Shown here in pieces: positions 38,895 through 53,167 of a DNA stretch of 64,000 nt. The translations under genes were made by a program, and so were the position numbers. Source of the stretch: Microbotryum violaceum (lineage: Eukaryota); contig CDLV01000011.1 in assembly GCA_001244265.2 (NCBI GenBank), forward strand, positions 558,001-622,000. Direction: 5' to 3'. Numbering within the stretch: position 1 is the first letter of the stretch; every line of letters begins with the position of its first letter. Under the pieces are notes generated by a model, which was not told the DNA's origin, did no database searches, and saw only the letters and a list, made by a program, of their open reading frames with translations.

Positions 38895-40628
38895 TCATTC
38901 ATCATCATCCGTCACTTTGAAAAGCTGTTCCGTCTCCTCCACCTCCTCCGTCGGTTTACCAGGTAAAGGTTTCTTATCGTCGACTTCGATCCTCGACTCT
39001 CTCCGAGGCGGTTGATTCTGATCCTCGTCATCTTCCTCATCCGAATCACCCGCCAATAAAGATCCACCGCCTTCAAGACCACCCGCGGAGAACCCATCCC
39101 GCGCTGATCGTGACCATGCACCTTGGGTGTAGTCTGTCAATCCGCCCCTTCCCCAGGGGGGAGAGTTGGACCGTGAGTTGCGGACCAAAGAGACGATATT
39201 CTCGCCTTGATCGAGGAGCCACTGAGGTGTCGAGACGGGGGGGTTGGGTCAGCTGGCTTCGATTCGTTTTTGAGGGTCTACGATATGTGGAGAATGACTG
39301 ACGATGCCAGCCATGATACCAAAGTCTTTGAGTGCGTCAAGAGCGTCTCGGACTTTTTCAATCGAGGGGATTGCCGACGATCCGCGTTGGTGCAGTACGT
39401 AGCGGTTGTAGGTCAGCGCCGAGCCAAACGAGACGATGCAAGCGGTGAGGATGCTGTTAAGGCGTGGAAGTTCAAAGGCGCGAGGAGTCAGCTGTGTTGA
39501 AGTGAATTTGGTGGTGAGTACAGAATATATCGTACAAAAGGAAAAATATGACGATTGAAGAGAAGATACCGGCGGCGAACGAGGTCGGGCAAGCGTGAGG
39601 AGTTTTGAAGGAGAAGCTGAGGAATGGTGCGGATGAATTCTTGCTCAGTGCTGGTAATTCACCATAACAACCTCCGAGGCTGTAGACGTACACATAAAAG
39701 CAGTCTTCCACGACAGAGATCAACTCGGGCTCTTGCGTGCTCCATGACGAGTCGCATTGCCTGCGCAGGCCGGGACGAGTTCAGCCGAGAGCGTAGAGTG
39801 CGGGTGGATGAGGCGTTGCACGCGATGAAACTGCTTACAGGTAGATGACACTGGTGCGCTTGGCGTTCGAGTTGGGGCAAAAGCTTCCACCGGGATAGGT
39901 GAGGGTCAGGTGACCATTCATCATGACGGGTGTCGTCTCAAAGTTGCTGCGGAACGGTTACGATGGGGCCTTTCTAAGGTCAATGTGGGGGTTCGCTGCC
40001 TGCTGGGACAGGATCGTGCATACCCGAGACTGATGCCGCTCTTGGGCCCTTCGGTGTAGGCTCCAACCTTTTCGGCATCTGTAGATACGATTGGGGGAGT
40101 AAGTATGGCTCTAGGCTGAAGCAGGTGCCCTCGATCAGACGCACCTCGTACGGCCCACATCTCTTTGATGACTGAGAGCGCGTTAGGGGTGGGGGGTGGG
40201 GGGGGGGGGAAACCAGGGAGATGAGCTATTGCGAGGCGGCTGGGGCAGTGCACACCCTCGTGGCGATCTCACCTGGTCCACAAAAGCTGAATGTAGAATG
40301 GGCTATACGCATCAGTGGTGCACTCGGTGTCAGACTGGTCTGGGTGCGGACTCACTTGAGAGCGTACGTCTCGCCCGAGACCGGGTTCGTGACGTTGTAG
40401 TCGCGACCTGTTGGGCAAGGGGGAGACATTAGCTTGAGATGCAGAGCAATCCGGGTCGAACGTATGCTCACCTTTGCGCTGCAGTGCCCTGAGATCGTAT
40501 GAGCCAGTGTGGGGATCGTGTAGACGACACGGATCCGAGATTCGTCGACCACCTTCGTCCGCAGCGTGCGCGCTCCGACTCGACGCCAGCAGCGCCACGC
40601 ACGTCAGCAGGATAGATCGAGGCAGCAT
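38895..40628 (-). CDS. MRL1: Mannose-6-phosphate-receptor-like protein (MRH domain, type I membrane), multi-exon
   Basis: Signal peptide MLPRSILLTCVALLA; PCRLHDPHTGSYDLRAL, FCGP, FSFKTPHACP; TM followed by YNRYVLHQRG; acidic cytosolic tail. Confidence 0.8.
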
Positions 40629-40963
40629 GTTCGAGACGGTCCCGAGTTGGTGCCGAGTTGGTAATTGTTTCGGGTCGAACCAGCGCGCGAGCTCAGAGCC
40701 GGGAACGTTGAATCCTGGCTGTCGTGGGGAGCGAGGCCAGGAGCACAAAACACCACATGTCAATGGTCGAATTCCGGATTACAAAGAGCGCGCGACCGGC
40801 TAATAGTCGATTTCGCATCACGCTCATTGGCCGGCGCGCGCGCCACAGCCCGGCGTTGCTCCCTTCGCCATCGCCATCGCCCGCACCCGCATCCGCATCC
40901 GCAACCCCGCTCCTCACCGCCTCCCTTCCCTTCGCTACCAGCGCCTCTACCAGCGCCACCACC

Positions 40964-43090
40964 ATGTTGCGAGCTGGTCTGCTCAAGAACACGCTGCGGT
41001 CCTCGCTCGCCGCTCCCCGCGCGTCGATCGTGCAGCGCGGACTGGCCACCGAGGCGCACCCGACCGCGGCCAACTACTCGCCCTCGGTCGAGGATCTCAG
41101 GCATCAGACCGCCCAGAACATCCTCCAGGAGCGTGAATCGGGCAAATCCGGATCTTTCAGGGCTTTCACCGTCAACTTTGGGGTTAGTCGTAGCTTGGGG
41201 ATCAGTGTTGAACTCGTCGGATCGCGGCATAGATCCGAGCCCGCACACGCTGGGCTCACCACTCGCCACCACTAGCTCCTGGACCTCATATTGACCCGCT
41301 ATCACCACTGTTCTTTGCTCAAACACAGCCTCAACATCCCGCTGCTCACGGTACGTGCTTGCCCCCCTCACCTGGCCCTCGCGTCCCTCTCGCGCCCCGA
41401 CTCTCCGCACCAATCCAATCCAATCCAGGCGAGCTGACTTTCCCCCTCCTCTTCATATCGCCACTCTCTTCTCTGTAACAGGTGTACTGCGACTAATTCT
41501 CGAACTGAACGGCGAAGAGATCCTCCGAGCCGACCCGCACGTCGGCCTCCTTCATCGCGGTACCGAAAAGTTGATCGAGTACAAGACCTACACCCAGGCC
41601 CTGCCTTACTTTGATCGACTCGACTATGTGTCCATGATGACCAACGAGTTGTGCTACTCGAGGGCTGTCGAAAAGCTACTCAACATTGGTCAGTTGGAGA
41701 GGAATGCGTACCTTCGTGGGGCGTTGCAGCAGGTGGCGATCGTATTGCGCACAAAGCCAGCATCCCGACGGGTCTCGGGTCCAGGCAGCAAACCTCCTGC
41801 AACACCCGTTGCCTAGAATAATATAAAATCCTGAACAAGGTGACTGATACGAATTACTGCACATCGTAGACGTTCCCGAACGTGCCAAGTGGATCCGAAC
41901 CCTCTTTGGTGAAATCACTCGAGTACTCAACCACTTGATGGCTGTCCTCACCCACGCCATGGGTTAGTACAGGAACGCTAGGGATTCACCGTACATTATT
42001 TGATCTAGGGCTCATGCTTCCTCTTCGCAGATGTTGGGGCCTTGACGCCGTTCCTGTGGGGTTTCGAGGAGCGCGAAAAGCTGATGGAGTTTTACGAGCG
42101 AGTGTCGGGCGCGCGTCTACACACGGCCTACATCAGACCAGGAGGTGTCGCCCTCGACCTGCCACACGGCTTGCTCGAGGACATCTTTAAGTGGGCCACC
42201 GCGTTCCATCATCGTGTTGACGAGTTCGAGGAGGTCATCACCGGCAACCGAATCTGGAAGCAACGAACGGTCGGCGTCGGATTGGTCACGGCGCAACAGG
42301 CGCTCGACTATTCCTTCTCCGGTGTCATGCTCCGTGGTTCTGGTATCCCCTGGGATATCCGCAAGTCGCAGCCGTACGACGCCTACGATCAGGTCGAGTT
42401 CGACGTCCCCGTCGGCAAGAACGGCGATTGCTACGACCGCTATTTGTGCCGTATCGAGGAGTTCAGGCAGTCGTTGAGGATCATCGACCAGTGCTTGAAC
42501 AAGATGCCAGAGGGACAGGTCAAGATTGATGATCACAAGATCGTGCCGCCGCCGAGGGCGAGCATGAAGGAGTGAGTGCTCCCGGCAATCTTTTCAAAGG
42601 ATAGTGTGGTCAAGAGAGGATCTGCTCGCTGATCGCTTTGTCTTTGACTCTCCGTGAATGTTTCAGATCGATGGAGTCTCTCATTCACCACTTCAAACTC
42701 TTCTCTGAAGGCTACGCTGTTCCTCCAGGAGAGACCTACTCGGCTATCGAAGCTCCCAAGGGAGAGATGGGGTAAGCGGGCGAATCCGCCGGCATCCTAC
42801 ACAAACCTGGCTTACCGATGAAGCTCCTGCGTTTACGCTACTCACAGTGTCTACCTCGTTTCGGACGGCTCCAATCGACCTTACCGATGCAAGATCCGTG
42901 CACCTGGGTTCGCCCATTTGGCCGGTGCGGATTTCATGATGCGTCATGCCTACTTGCCTGATGCCGTCGCTATCATCGGTACAATGGATCTCGTGTTTGG
43001 TGTAAGCAAACAGCTCGGCCGGAGTGATGTGTCTGAATTGTATGAAACTGATGTGTAGAATTGTACGGTCTACAGGAGGTCGACCGATGA
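40964..43090 (+). CDS. NDUFS2: NADH:ubiquinone oxidoreductase 49 kDa subunit (complex I), multi-exon
   Basis: Mitochondrial presequence; [69 protein letters not shown]-terminal DLVFG|EVDR. Confidence 0.97.
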
Positions 43091-45024
43091 TCGCATTGTG
43101 GCTGGCCACTCGTGGGGTGAGGAAGAGTTAGAAGTCGCGCGAAGTGGTTGGGGTTGGAATTTTCTCTCCGAAGACTGTAATCATCATAGGTTTCTTTTCA
43201 CAATCACGTTTTCCTAGCTTGATGAGAGAGAGAGAGGAAAGGGATATGAAATGGTACACGACAATTGCATAAGGGTCTGTATGAAAGTGCCTGTCCGCCG
43301 TTGTCCTCGAAAGCCCCAGCACACTAGCGCTCTGTGCTCCCCCAAAAAGAGAATCACAAAGAGCTAATGACCATGGGAACGACAACAGGAAGAACAAGAT
43401 GATCACTAAAGCGAAACACCAATTTCAAGGAACCCCAGAAGAGAGGAAAGGCAGAGACAAGCCCTAGGGTCAAAAAACCTCAGGACCCAGCTCCGCCCCT
43501 CCCCTACTCCCTACTTGAAGCTCCCCAGTCTTGGCAGTTCGTTCTTTTGCGTCTGTTCTCAGCTACTCGATTGGCTCGTCCTTGATGAAAGGTATCGTAT
43601 GACGGGACGGAATTTGACAAAGTACGAGGCTTGGGGTGGAAGAAGAAGAGGGGGACGCGCGCGGCGCGGTAGGGATGGGTTGCGAAGGGATTTCGTAAAG
43701 GGATTTGGAGGATTACTGATTCGAAAGTGGGTACGTAGCGCAATCTTTTGGCGAAGTGCTAGGTACTAACATAGTTATACTGACCGAAAACTATCAAGTA
43801 AAAAAACTCGTGCGAGGGTTTGATGGGGGAAACGCCTAAAAATCTCGTCTTGAACATATGTCCTCGACAACGTCAATTATTCCTGCAAGAGGTCCGGGTG
43901 TTGAAGACAGAGCGTAGGACTCGTAAATCGGGATTGACATTTCTTTGAACACGAGGTGCTTCATGGATGTCAAAGGAGAGGCAACCCCAGACGTAGTGAC
44001 TTCATGGGAGAATATTATCAAGCTTTGCCACTCGACGATGTCCTGGGAAAAAATGACCGGTCTTCGTGGTTGATCGAGGAAGCAAACTTCAAGCTTCTCA
44101 TCATCAGCTGACGGCCTGTAATATCGAACGTTCCGAGCATCAGTTTGGCCAAGAGTAGGATGATCTTGATGGTATTACCGCGGAACTTCAGCGCTACGTT
44201 AAGACCGCATTGCCTTTAAGTCATTGTTGAGCGTACAGCTTCGCTGTCGAGAGATTGCAAAGCATGGCCAAGAAAGCACTTCCGCGGGTGTGATCTCCCA
44301 CTCGGTCTTTGCGGTTCCGGCCGAACATCGAAGAGATCGACACTAATACTCAAGAAAAAAGGCATGGCTCACTCGTGTCTGAACTTCCATCTCCCCGACG
44401 AGCAAAGTCAATCGTTGAACTAAAACGGAGGTCCAAGCTTTATCCCTCGCCACGAGGTGCGCAGAGGGCAGTGCTTCGATTTTCCTCCCTCAACCGGCGA
44501 TCATAGCGAGCCCCTGTTCGATTAGTCTCCTTCCCTCGCATCTTTTCTTTCGCTCGTCATAGTGCACATTGAAGGAAAAAGTTAGCATCCGCCAAGATTT
44601 TAGAGATGTACCCTCTGTTAAGCGAGGGAGCTCCCCTAGTGCTCCACGGAGCCTCGAATTTTGCTAAATCCCGACTCGGAGGCTCTCCTTGCTGAAGTTT
44701 CCCACAGCGACCGCATGCAAGGCACCCTGACATCGAAATGATGTTCGTCCGAACTTCGCGCTCAGTAGCTCCGCGAAGCTTGATTCGGTCACCGAGGCCA
44801 TTTGACTCCGAGAGGAGTGCAGCTGGTCCTTCCCCGATCCCTTGGCGCCAGAAGCAGTAGACCGAGTGGATTGGCAGCCAGCGCACTCACTGCCAGCGCG
44901 AGAACTCCGAGCTCCGATCGCGACCGGCGCGACGGAACCTCTGGCCATGCGCGCTCCTTGCGCTGTGCTTATCCTGCAGTGTTCGTTCCCCATGTTCGAG
45001 CTACAACGGGCGCGAGACTTGGCG

Positions 45025-47750
45025 ATGTATGACTTGGATCAATACCAAGAGGACAAGTCGCTCGTATTCAATGGATCAGACTTTGTATGGTACGACGAGG
45101 CGCTGATGCACCGTTTGCCGATCGCGACGCCGGCGGTCAACACCTCGCTCAGCTCGCTCACAATGGCCGGCGGTCCCCCGACGCCGGCTGCCGGGAGCGC
45201 GATTCGCGGCTTCGTCAGCCCACCGGCACATGACTATACTATCGCTTCCTGGAACTTCGATGAACTTCCAACGTCGTTCGATACGGCCTCGAATGGATCG
45301 AGTACCGCCACGACCCCTCCTGAATTCGCCTCGGGGCACGACACGTCGGCGTCGGCGTCGGCTTCGGTTTCGAGCTCACCATCGTAAGTCGCGACCCCTC
45401 GCGCCCACGCGGTCGCTCCTCCGAGGTTCTCGGGCCCATAACGGATCGGGCACCCCTGACTCCCTAATTGACGACAATCGATTTCTGGCGTAATCCTCAG
45501 CACCAGTTTAGACGCCGCTCAAACGCGATTGAACAAAAGGACGAGGACCGCTTATAAAGTCGATGACTCGCCCGAGGGGAGGAGAACCAAGCAGAAGCGC
45601 AAGGGTCGAGTCATCACCCAGCTGAGGTCAGTTCGCTCCATCGCTCGCTTGCTTCATGTCGCTGCCGCCAAGCTGACAAAGTCAAGCTCTATGCACGCCT
45701 TCACATTGGACTTCCAGAGAGATGACGGAGGCCGCCAAGGTGCCAAGAAAAACATCCACGGAGGTGCAAAAGGCTGTGGTAGGAGCGCTCAACCTTGCCC
45801 CAACGTGCTCGAGCTCGAAAATCACCGAGACCAAATTGGCCGACTCGCTCGGGTGGCATCTCATCAACCGTGAGCATCCACCAAGGAGTCGTGTGAACGA
45901 ATGACTATATAGAATGAAGAGGAGTGTTACTGACCCGACGACTTGTCTCGGACTCGTTCAGTGTCGAATCAGGAGCTTGGTTCTTTCTCGGCGCACAAGC
46001 CCCTGAGGGACGTGCGCAGGGCTTGGCAATACCTCTGGTACAACATGTCGAGCACAAATCCCAAACAGGCCAAGCTCAATGAGGTACGTGTCAATCTGCT
46101 GTGACATGTGCCTCGCGCTGACTCGTCTACACACCCTCTTCGTAGGTCATTTACTACGCTCTCGCCGCTTTGGGCGCCAGAAGATCCACACACTCGGCTA
46201 TCGTCGGCTTTGATGGGGCTCGAGCGACCCAGGATGCGACACCATCCGAATTGGTCAAGCTTCAGCTCGGAGTTCGTCGCGAACAAGCCTGTCGTCGCCT
46301 CGTCGACATTGCGATCGAAAAGCTTGTTTCGTCCGGTCTGTTGGAAGAAGAATCGATCGAAAGCCGCGACGCGATGACCATGACCAAGATCATGCTGTTC
46401 GGTATGTGCCCCGAGCACGTGTTTACGGCCAAGGTCATCGATAACCTCAAGCAACGCACGGTAAACCTGTACCGATCGAATCCGCACGCCGCTCTCAAAC
46501 ATAACAGGGGCCACGAGCTGCTCATCTTTGACACGTTTCATTCTGGTGAGTAGTTATTTTCCTCCCCACCTCTCTGGGAACATCTTCGTAGTAGTTCCGC
46601 TCGTCACTGATTTGGGGCTTTGACGATTAGCTGCGCGTGGCACCCCACCCACAGTACAAGACGACGAGCTGCACATCTTTGGCTGGCAACGACTCGAAGA
46701 CCCTGCTCAAGGGGTGTTGAGATACGCTCCCATGGCCCTGGACGACACCTCGGATGCCGAAATTGGGAAAGAGCCTCAAGCTCGATCCATCTTCGAACCC
46801 TCGGACGCTGCCCCCGGTGTTTGCGAATGCGATGCAGTGCAGTCGAGGATGATCCGCGTCTCACAGACCGCGGCGTTCCAGATGACGCTGGTGGCCATAT
46901 CGATCTTTCGCGAGTTGAACGATCTGCGGCGAAGAGGTGCGTTGTTCAGTATGCCTGATACATGTAAATATTCAGCGCTGATAGTCTGGGATTGGTGCAC
47001 CGTTAATCGACTTTGTGCACTCCAGACCCTCGACCGCTGCAAGAGATTCTTCCGACATTTGAGCGTCTTTTTATCGATCTCGACAAGCGTATGCACGACA
47101 CGATTGCCTCCATCTGCTCTTCCCTCCTCTTGCCACACCTCTTGATGGTACCCCACCTGACTCTGGCCGCCTTGCTGACCGAGGCAAATCGACGATGTCA
47201 AAGTCAAGCTGCGTCCAACGAATACGTGACCGGGTTCCTCGTTCGTGCTCAGTGTCGTTTCTTGGGCTGGTTGCGCCTTTTTGTAAAATACATCTCATCG
47301 GTGGGTCAGATTGCCGGTATTCAGTTTCATCCAATCTCCTTCGGAGCTAATGAGTGAGCTGTCGAACCGTTGACACCACAGATGCCATTGGATCCGATCC
47401 TGATGCATACCCGTGCTTTGATGCTCATAAAGCTCGACTGCTTGGAAGGTTGGGTTGAAATCGCGTTTAATGGCGCCAAAGAGCACGAACTCGGGTGCGG
47501 CCCGCTTTCGAACGCCGGGTTTTCATTGCAAGACCTGCGCTCATTGCACGAGACCGTCAAGGAAGCGACTAAGATTTTCGCAGTTGCGACCGAGCGCGAG
47601 GCCGAATTCACTCGTGGGTTTGAAATGATGGGATTGACAGATGGGCAGAACATTTCGTTCAATCCGCCCGACAAGCCGGTTCAAGTCCCTCGACTGGAAG
47701 CGGAGGATTTGGTCGCGGAGGCACTCAGGGCGATCATGCAAGGGGTTTAG
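45025..47750 (+). CDS. Hypothetical multi-exon protein resembling the non-DNA-binding region of basidiomycete-yeast Zn2Cys6-type transcription factors; start uncertain
   Basis: Chain of GT-AG exons; basic NLS-like RRTKQKRKGR; LAALGARRSTHSAIVG and GVRREQACRRL motifs (recalled similarity, not a search result). Confidence 0.5.
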
Positions 47751-48003
47751 GGAGCTGTAATTCGTTATTCAATAGAAATATTAGTTCTTGCAGTTTAGTT
47801 TAGTTCCGTTGGTGTATCTTCCTCCTCTTGTACCTTGGCTTGAAGATAGTTAAAAAACAGGTCCCCCGAAATTGATCGAACGGGCTCGTGGCTCGGCGCC
47901 GCTCGGTGCACGTGCCTGCGCGAGTGGGTCTCGGCCGAGCGTTTCGCTGCTTCTGGCCTCTTTCTCCCGTCCAAGCACTCCCAGCTCTCGCTTCTACGCG
48001 ATC

Positions 48004-49369
48004 ATGGCCCCCGAAAAGTCAAGCGCTCATGCCTTACTCGCCCCTCCTACGGATGGCAAAACGCCTAATCAGCACGAGCTCGTGGATCATCAGGGCGATC
48101 CCGAGCACCCAGCGTACTTGATCCCGACGCTCTGCCAGAACTTTTACAAGCTCGGATGGGTCACGTAGGTCGCTACCATAGCTTGGAGGTGCGTAGTAGA
48201 CGATTGTTGATGGTGTTTCTTTCTCCGCAGTGGCACTGGAGGAGGTATTTCGATCCGACAAGGGTTCGTTTCATCCTACACACATCCTACACACTTCGCA
48301 AGCAGCGATCAGCTCCAAATGACGTCGCGGAGAGATATCCAATCCAACCCAGGCTGACCCCAACACGTCGCACCATCACAGAGAGAAAGTCTACCTCGCC
48401 CCCTCCGGAGTCCAAAAGGAGCGGATCCAACCCAAAGACATATTCGTACTCACCCTTTCGACGCGCTCCTTCCTCCGCTGGCCGGTCCACAAACCGCTCA
48501 AGCAATCGGCTTGCACGCCCTTGTTCTACAATGCGTACGAGTTGAGAAACGCGGGGGCGTGCATTCATACCCATAGTCAACATGCGGTCATGGCGACGCT
48601 GCTTTGGAAAGGGAATGAGTTTAGAGTCTCGCACCAGGTCAGTCGCAGGGAAGAATTTTCTCATTTCTCCGAGCTCGGTGTATGGTCGGAATTACTTGCC
48701 GTCACACGAGAAATATTCTCGGGTTTCGACCATGTTCAAAATTCGGCGAAACAAAAAATATGTTTCAGTCTGACTTCATGCGATCATTCACACCCCCAGG
48801 AAATGATCAAGGGCATGCGCATCGCCGGGACCGGCTCAGCATTAAGCTACCTCGATACCCTCGTCATCCCCATTATTGAGAACACACCGGACGAGGAAGA
48901 CCTGAGGGAGGGGATGGAAGAGGTACGTCACAGACCATGACTGCGTCGCATTCCGCTGCTCCTACTTCTCAATATGCCAGGACCGCTCACGAGCGGATTT
49001 TCTTCGATTCCGCCAACGCACCTCGCTGCGAATTCTGCTCTACTGTCACTTGTCACAGGCAATGAGGAAATATCCCGACGCTGTGAGTCGTATATTGGAT
49101 CGAACTAGCCGTACAATAGACAGTCCATGCTCATACTTGCGACTCTTCTTGACAGCCGGCTGTTCTAGTCCGAAGGCACGGCACGTATTCTTGGGGAGCA
49201 GGTCAGTCATGACTTTCACGACTAAAGGAGCCCCAGCGTATGCTGATGCCTCTTGAATTCCTGCTGGGTAGATTGGGAAAAGGCCAAGGCGCAAGCAGAG
49301 TGCCTCGATTACCTATTGGAGGTGGCGGTCAAGATGAAGTTGGCCGGCATGGATACCGTTGGCCTGTAA
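48004..49369 (+). CDS. MDE1: Methylthioribulose-1-phosphate dehydratase (methionine salvage), multi-exon
   Basis: DPEHPAYLIPTLCQNFYKLGWVT|GTGGGISIR, YLAPSGVQKER, SACTPLFYNAY, GACIHTHSQHAVM, QEMIKG, VIPIIENT, VLVRRHG. Confidence 0.96.
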
Positions 49370-50113
49370 CTTCTCTGCAGTATGAATGGCCACACCGGTA
49401 TTGTACTGCAACTTGTCGCTACAGTCAAATCATCCTGGTTATGCAAGTCTTCCCTCGATCGAAATAGGCGCAGGCGGCTCGCCATAGCCCGGAACGTTGT
49501 TTTCGGCGATCATTTCGCGGACTTGGAGGTCTCTTGCCCTCGGCCGACCTGGACAGATCGCTTGACTTGCCCTGCCCCTCGGCGACCCTGTCTCAGATCA
49601 CAACCCCCACTCGAGGGAACCCCCACAAGAGCTCCTAGGACCTATTTTCACCGCAATGCCCTCGGCCCCGTCAAACTGGGGGTCGAAGCGACAACTCACA
49701 TAGTGATTTCAGGTGTACAAGACTCAATCAAATCCTCTTCGAGCAGACGCTGGCTCCGAAGAGTCCAATCTGCCATGGCCAGTCGCGTTGCCACGAGGAA
49801 GAGGTTGTACCGGGATCGAGGGTCTTGCGCTCCTCGAAGGATCCGAGCATAGTCTTCATCGAAGGTAAGGTGAGGTGGGGAGGGGGGATAGCGAGATGAA
49901 CAAGAGATGAAAGTGATAGGTCTTTTTTTGCTCTAGAGTTCAGAGAGGTGAGTGGTTGGGCGAGAGTAGCTCAACAAGAGGAGCCAAACCGCTCGCGGGA
50001 AACAACTTCGCGCTTCGTACAAGACAAACAGAGGGTATCAAGGAACTGATGTTCCAGTATACACATGGTCAGAAAATTAATTGATGTCTACTTGACCCAT
50101 CTTTGCACAGTCT

Positions 50114-53100
50114 CTATAGCGAGCTTTTGATCGGCGACTCGTCTTCCTCAACTACGGGCGACGAGACCAGTGAGCCGGTCACGGGGTGAACACGTTCGTA
50201 GAACCTGCGGGGGGCAAATAGGGTAATTATGTCTGTCAATTTTACCAACTTCATCATCCAGGGTTCGAGAGATAAAATGCGTCAATCGACTCACAAAATG
50301 TAAGCTTTGCATTTCAAGACCTCCTCGACGCTGACAGCATGCACGTCCTCGTCGGAGCAAAACATCCATCGCCGTTCCGTCCCACCCTGACCAGGACCAT
50401 ACCGGTTCGAAAGCACGAAAGCCGAGTAATGCCCCGTCGACAAGGTCCCATAGTGGACCACCGCAGCGTAGAGACGATACAGGGCTCCACCGACGACCTT
50501 TTCGGTCTCGATCGGCGGGGGGTGAGGGACCGAGTGGTTCGAAGATGTCGAGGGGCGCGTGGCGTGCCTCGCTCGCGTCGTCTGCTTCGGTGGTTTCTCC
50601 AGTGGCGCGAGGAAGGGTGTCAAGTCCAGTTGCTCGGGAAACGACAGGTCGTCGTCGCGCTTCTTGAGGTTCATAAAGGACGTGCCGAACAGCGACGACT
50701 TTGAAGCGTTTTGGAATCGCTTCAGGTGAATGACGAGAACGGGGGGCAAGTCCCGAGCCGAGATCAGGTAACGTTTGTGCGCGCGGCGCAAGAGATGTCG
50801 AGGCGGGGCTTTGAGGGTTGCGGGTATCGCGATCGACGAGGTAGGTTTGCTCGAGCTCGAGAATCGTGTCGAAAGCGACGCACCCGACTTGCTTGCTGCG
50901 ACGCTCGATGAGGACTGTACGGACGCTGCTGCTGACACCGAGGTGGCGACGACATGGGTGCGCGTCGAACTTGGGTCCAAAGCTTCGACGTTAGCCACCG
51001 TCAAAGGGGTCTTGGGTCCACCGGCTGCGGAAGAGAGTTCTAAAACTGAGGCCGAATCCGTCGTGTGCCCATCCTCTGTGTCGGCGAGAGCGGCCTCATC
51101 ATCGGTCGCTGCCCCAGATTCTGGGACCATGCTTGCGGGTTCGGAGGCGAGCGAGCGTTCGGAGAAGACGGAAGGGCTGGTTGCCAACGACAAGAGCGCG
51201 AACTCAGGAGAGATAACACCTGCTCCCTTCGAAGCCGGATTCGCGCTAGTCAGTGAACCAGGTGGCGAGGCCGACAAAGTTCGAGCGTTCTCAAGTTGTG
51301 GCGATTGAAGGGGACTGTTGACGACTGTCCTGAGACCGGCTTCCTCGCTGATGTGGGTCTTGGCATCCGATACCCGTCTCCCGTTCCTCCTCTTCTCGGC
51401 TTTTAAAGCGTCTTTCTCGCGCCGACGCACATCCTTCTCGTCTTGACGTTGACGCACAAGGTCGGGATTCAAAAATTTCCAGCAGTTCTTGCAGGCAAAC
51501 GCGTTTTCGCCTTCGAGAACCTCCACGCTTGTAAACTGGCGGAAACACTCGTACAGGTCCGTCGACATTTGCTCGTTCGAAACCGACGTTGTGGTAGTTG
51601 CCGGCGGAGGAAGTGGCGCCTTTGATCCGGGGGGACGAGCGAATCGCAATTGCGGAGGGAGGGAAGGCGTTGGAGGCGGGATCTCCACCAGCACTTTCCG
51701 TATGTAGTCAATCTGCTCCACCGACGGCTTGGGAATCTTGCCCTTTCGCGTGCGCCGTCTCGACCCGTCGCCAGATCGGGAACTGAGAACGGACAAGGCT
51801 CTGCCGAGAGGGGAAGGATCGCGAGACTTTGAGTTAGGCCCACCGGCGGTCCATCCCGCGTACCTTTGTTGAGTCGGAAGAGTGCTCGTATCGACGGATG
51901 CGCGCCGGGATCGGGCTTCGACCTCGGCGTCCGATTCCTCTGTTTCCGACGCCGACGTGCTCGTCTTGGTCTCACTCAATGTGATCGACACCCTAGGCTT
52001 CGAGGCCGTCGTAGATGCCGAACCGTTGGAGGATCCAGAAGCGACAAAGTCGTTTGGGTCGGACCGTTTCCCGAAAAAGCCGCCGCCGAGAGTTCGACGA
52101 ATGCGATCCCGCTTGCGTATCTTCTGCCCCACATCATCCCTCAAGGAAAGCGAGATGTCCATAAAGTCCTCTGTCGTTTGGGATACTGTCGAACAAAAGC
52201 ACCTATGATCAATCAAGACACTTCAATCGCATCTTGGGACAATGACGCCTCACTCACCATGCCTGCACTCATCGCAGACAACTACGCTCGTCAGTTTGCC
52301 TTCGAAGATGCTCGAGATGAAGGGTCTCATCTTGAGTTGAGGGGTCCCATCCGGCCCGATTTCGAACGGATCGTTGACCTCATCGTCGCTACCGCTATCA
52401 GAAGACGGGGACGAGGACGAGGACGAACCGTCGCTGACTTCCTCATCAGCTCCTTCCTCGTCATCGCCCGCCTCGGTGGGCGTCCCCATGCCAGATTCCT
52501 CGCGAACAGGCGTCATCAAGGGGTCGTCGGAATGGCGCATGGGGTCGAGTCCTCGGATCGTCGTCCGCCTTTGTTGCGAAGGACGGCCTTTAGTTGGGCG
52601 AGGGCGCGTTGCTCGGACCTTCTTGATCAGCTATGAGAGGGTTTGAAGCAGCTGGTCAGTCGATCTTCCGGGCGTCGGGCTCGATCAAGAGCTCGATAGG
52701 AAGGGGGGACTCACGTCAACTTCTTCCATCATGATGCCGTCGATCAGATGTCGCAGCATCTCATGGGCATCCTGTTGAGTCGCGTGGGCGTATTCTTCGT
52801 GCTTGAGGCTCATCTGCCTGAGCAGCGCCTTGGGGTTGAAGGTGAGGTTCTTGCCTCTCTTGATCTCCTTGCTGGCATCGAGCTTGGTCAACAATGCCAA
52901 CAGCGCACTCGTGATGGGGAGCGGTGACAAGAGCTGGGCAGGGTCAGAGTTGTACGCAGGCGAGGCCGGCGAAAGCGCGAGCAAAGCAGGCGAGGTCGTC
53001 GGAGGATCCGCGATGATATCCTCGAGCGGCCTCGACACGGCCAGGGCTTGTAGAATCGTGTTGTAGAAGCACGAGTTGCCGAGGTTGATGAGACCGACGT

Positions 53101-53167
53101 GATAGATCCCTTGCGGTTGCTCATCCTTGCGAGAGAATGAGCCGACCGTGTTCCGGCGCGCTCGCAT
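50114..53167 (-). CDS. Ubiquitin-specific protease (USP/peptidase C19), multi-exon; start tentative
   Basis: Cys box GLINLGNSCFYNTILQ; QQDAHEMLRHL; CDEC and CKNC zinc ligands; LPPVLVIHLKRF; His box VVHYGTLSTGHY; CSDE; AYIL|FYER. Confidence 0.92.
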
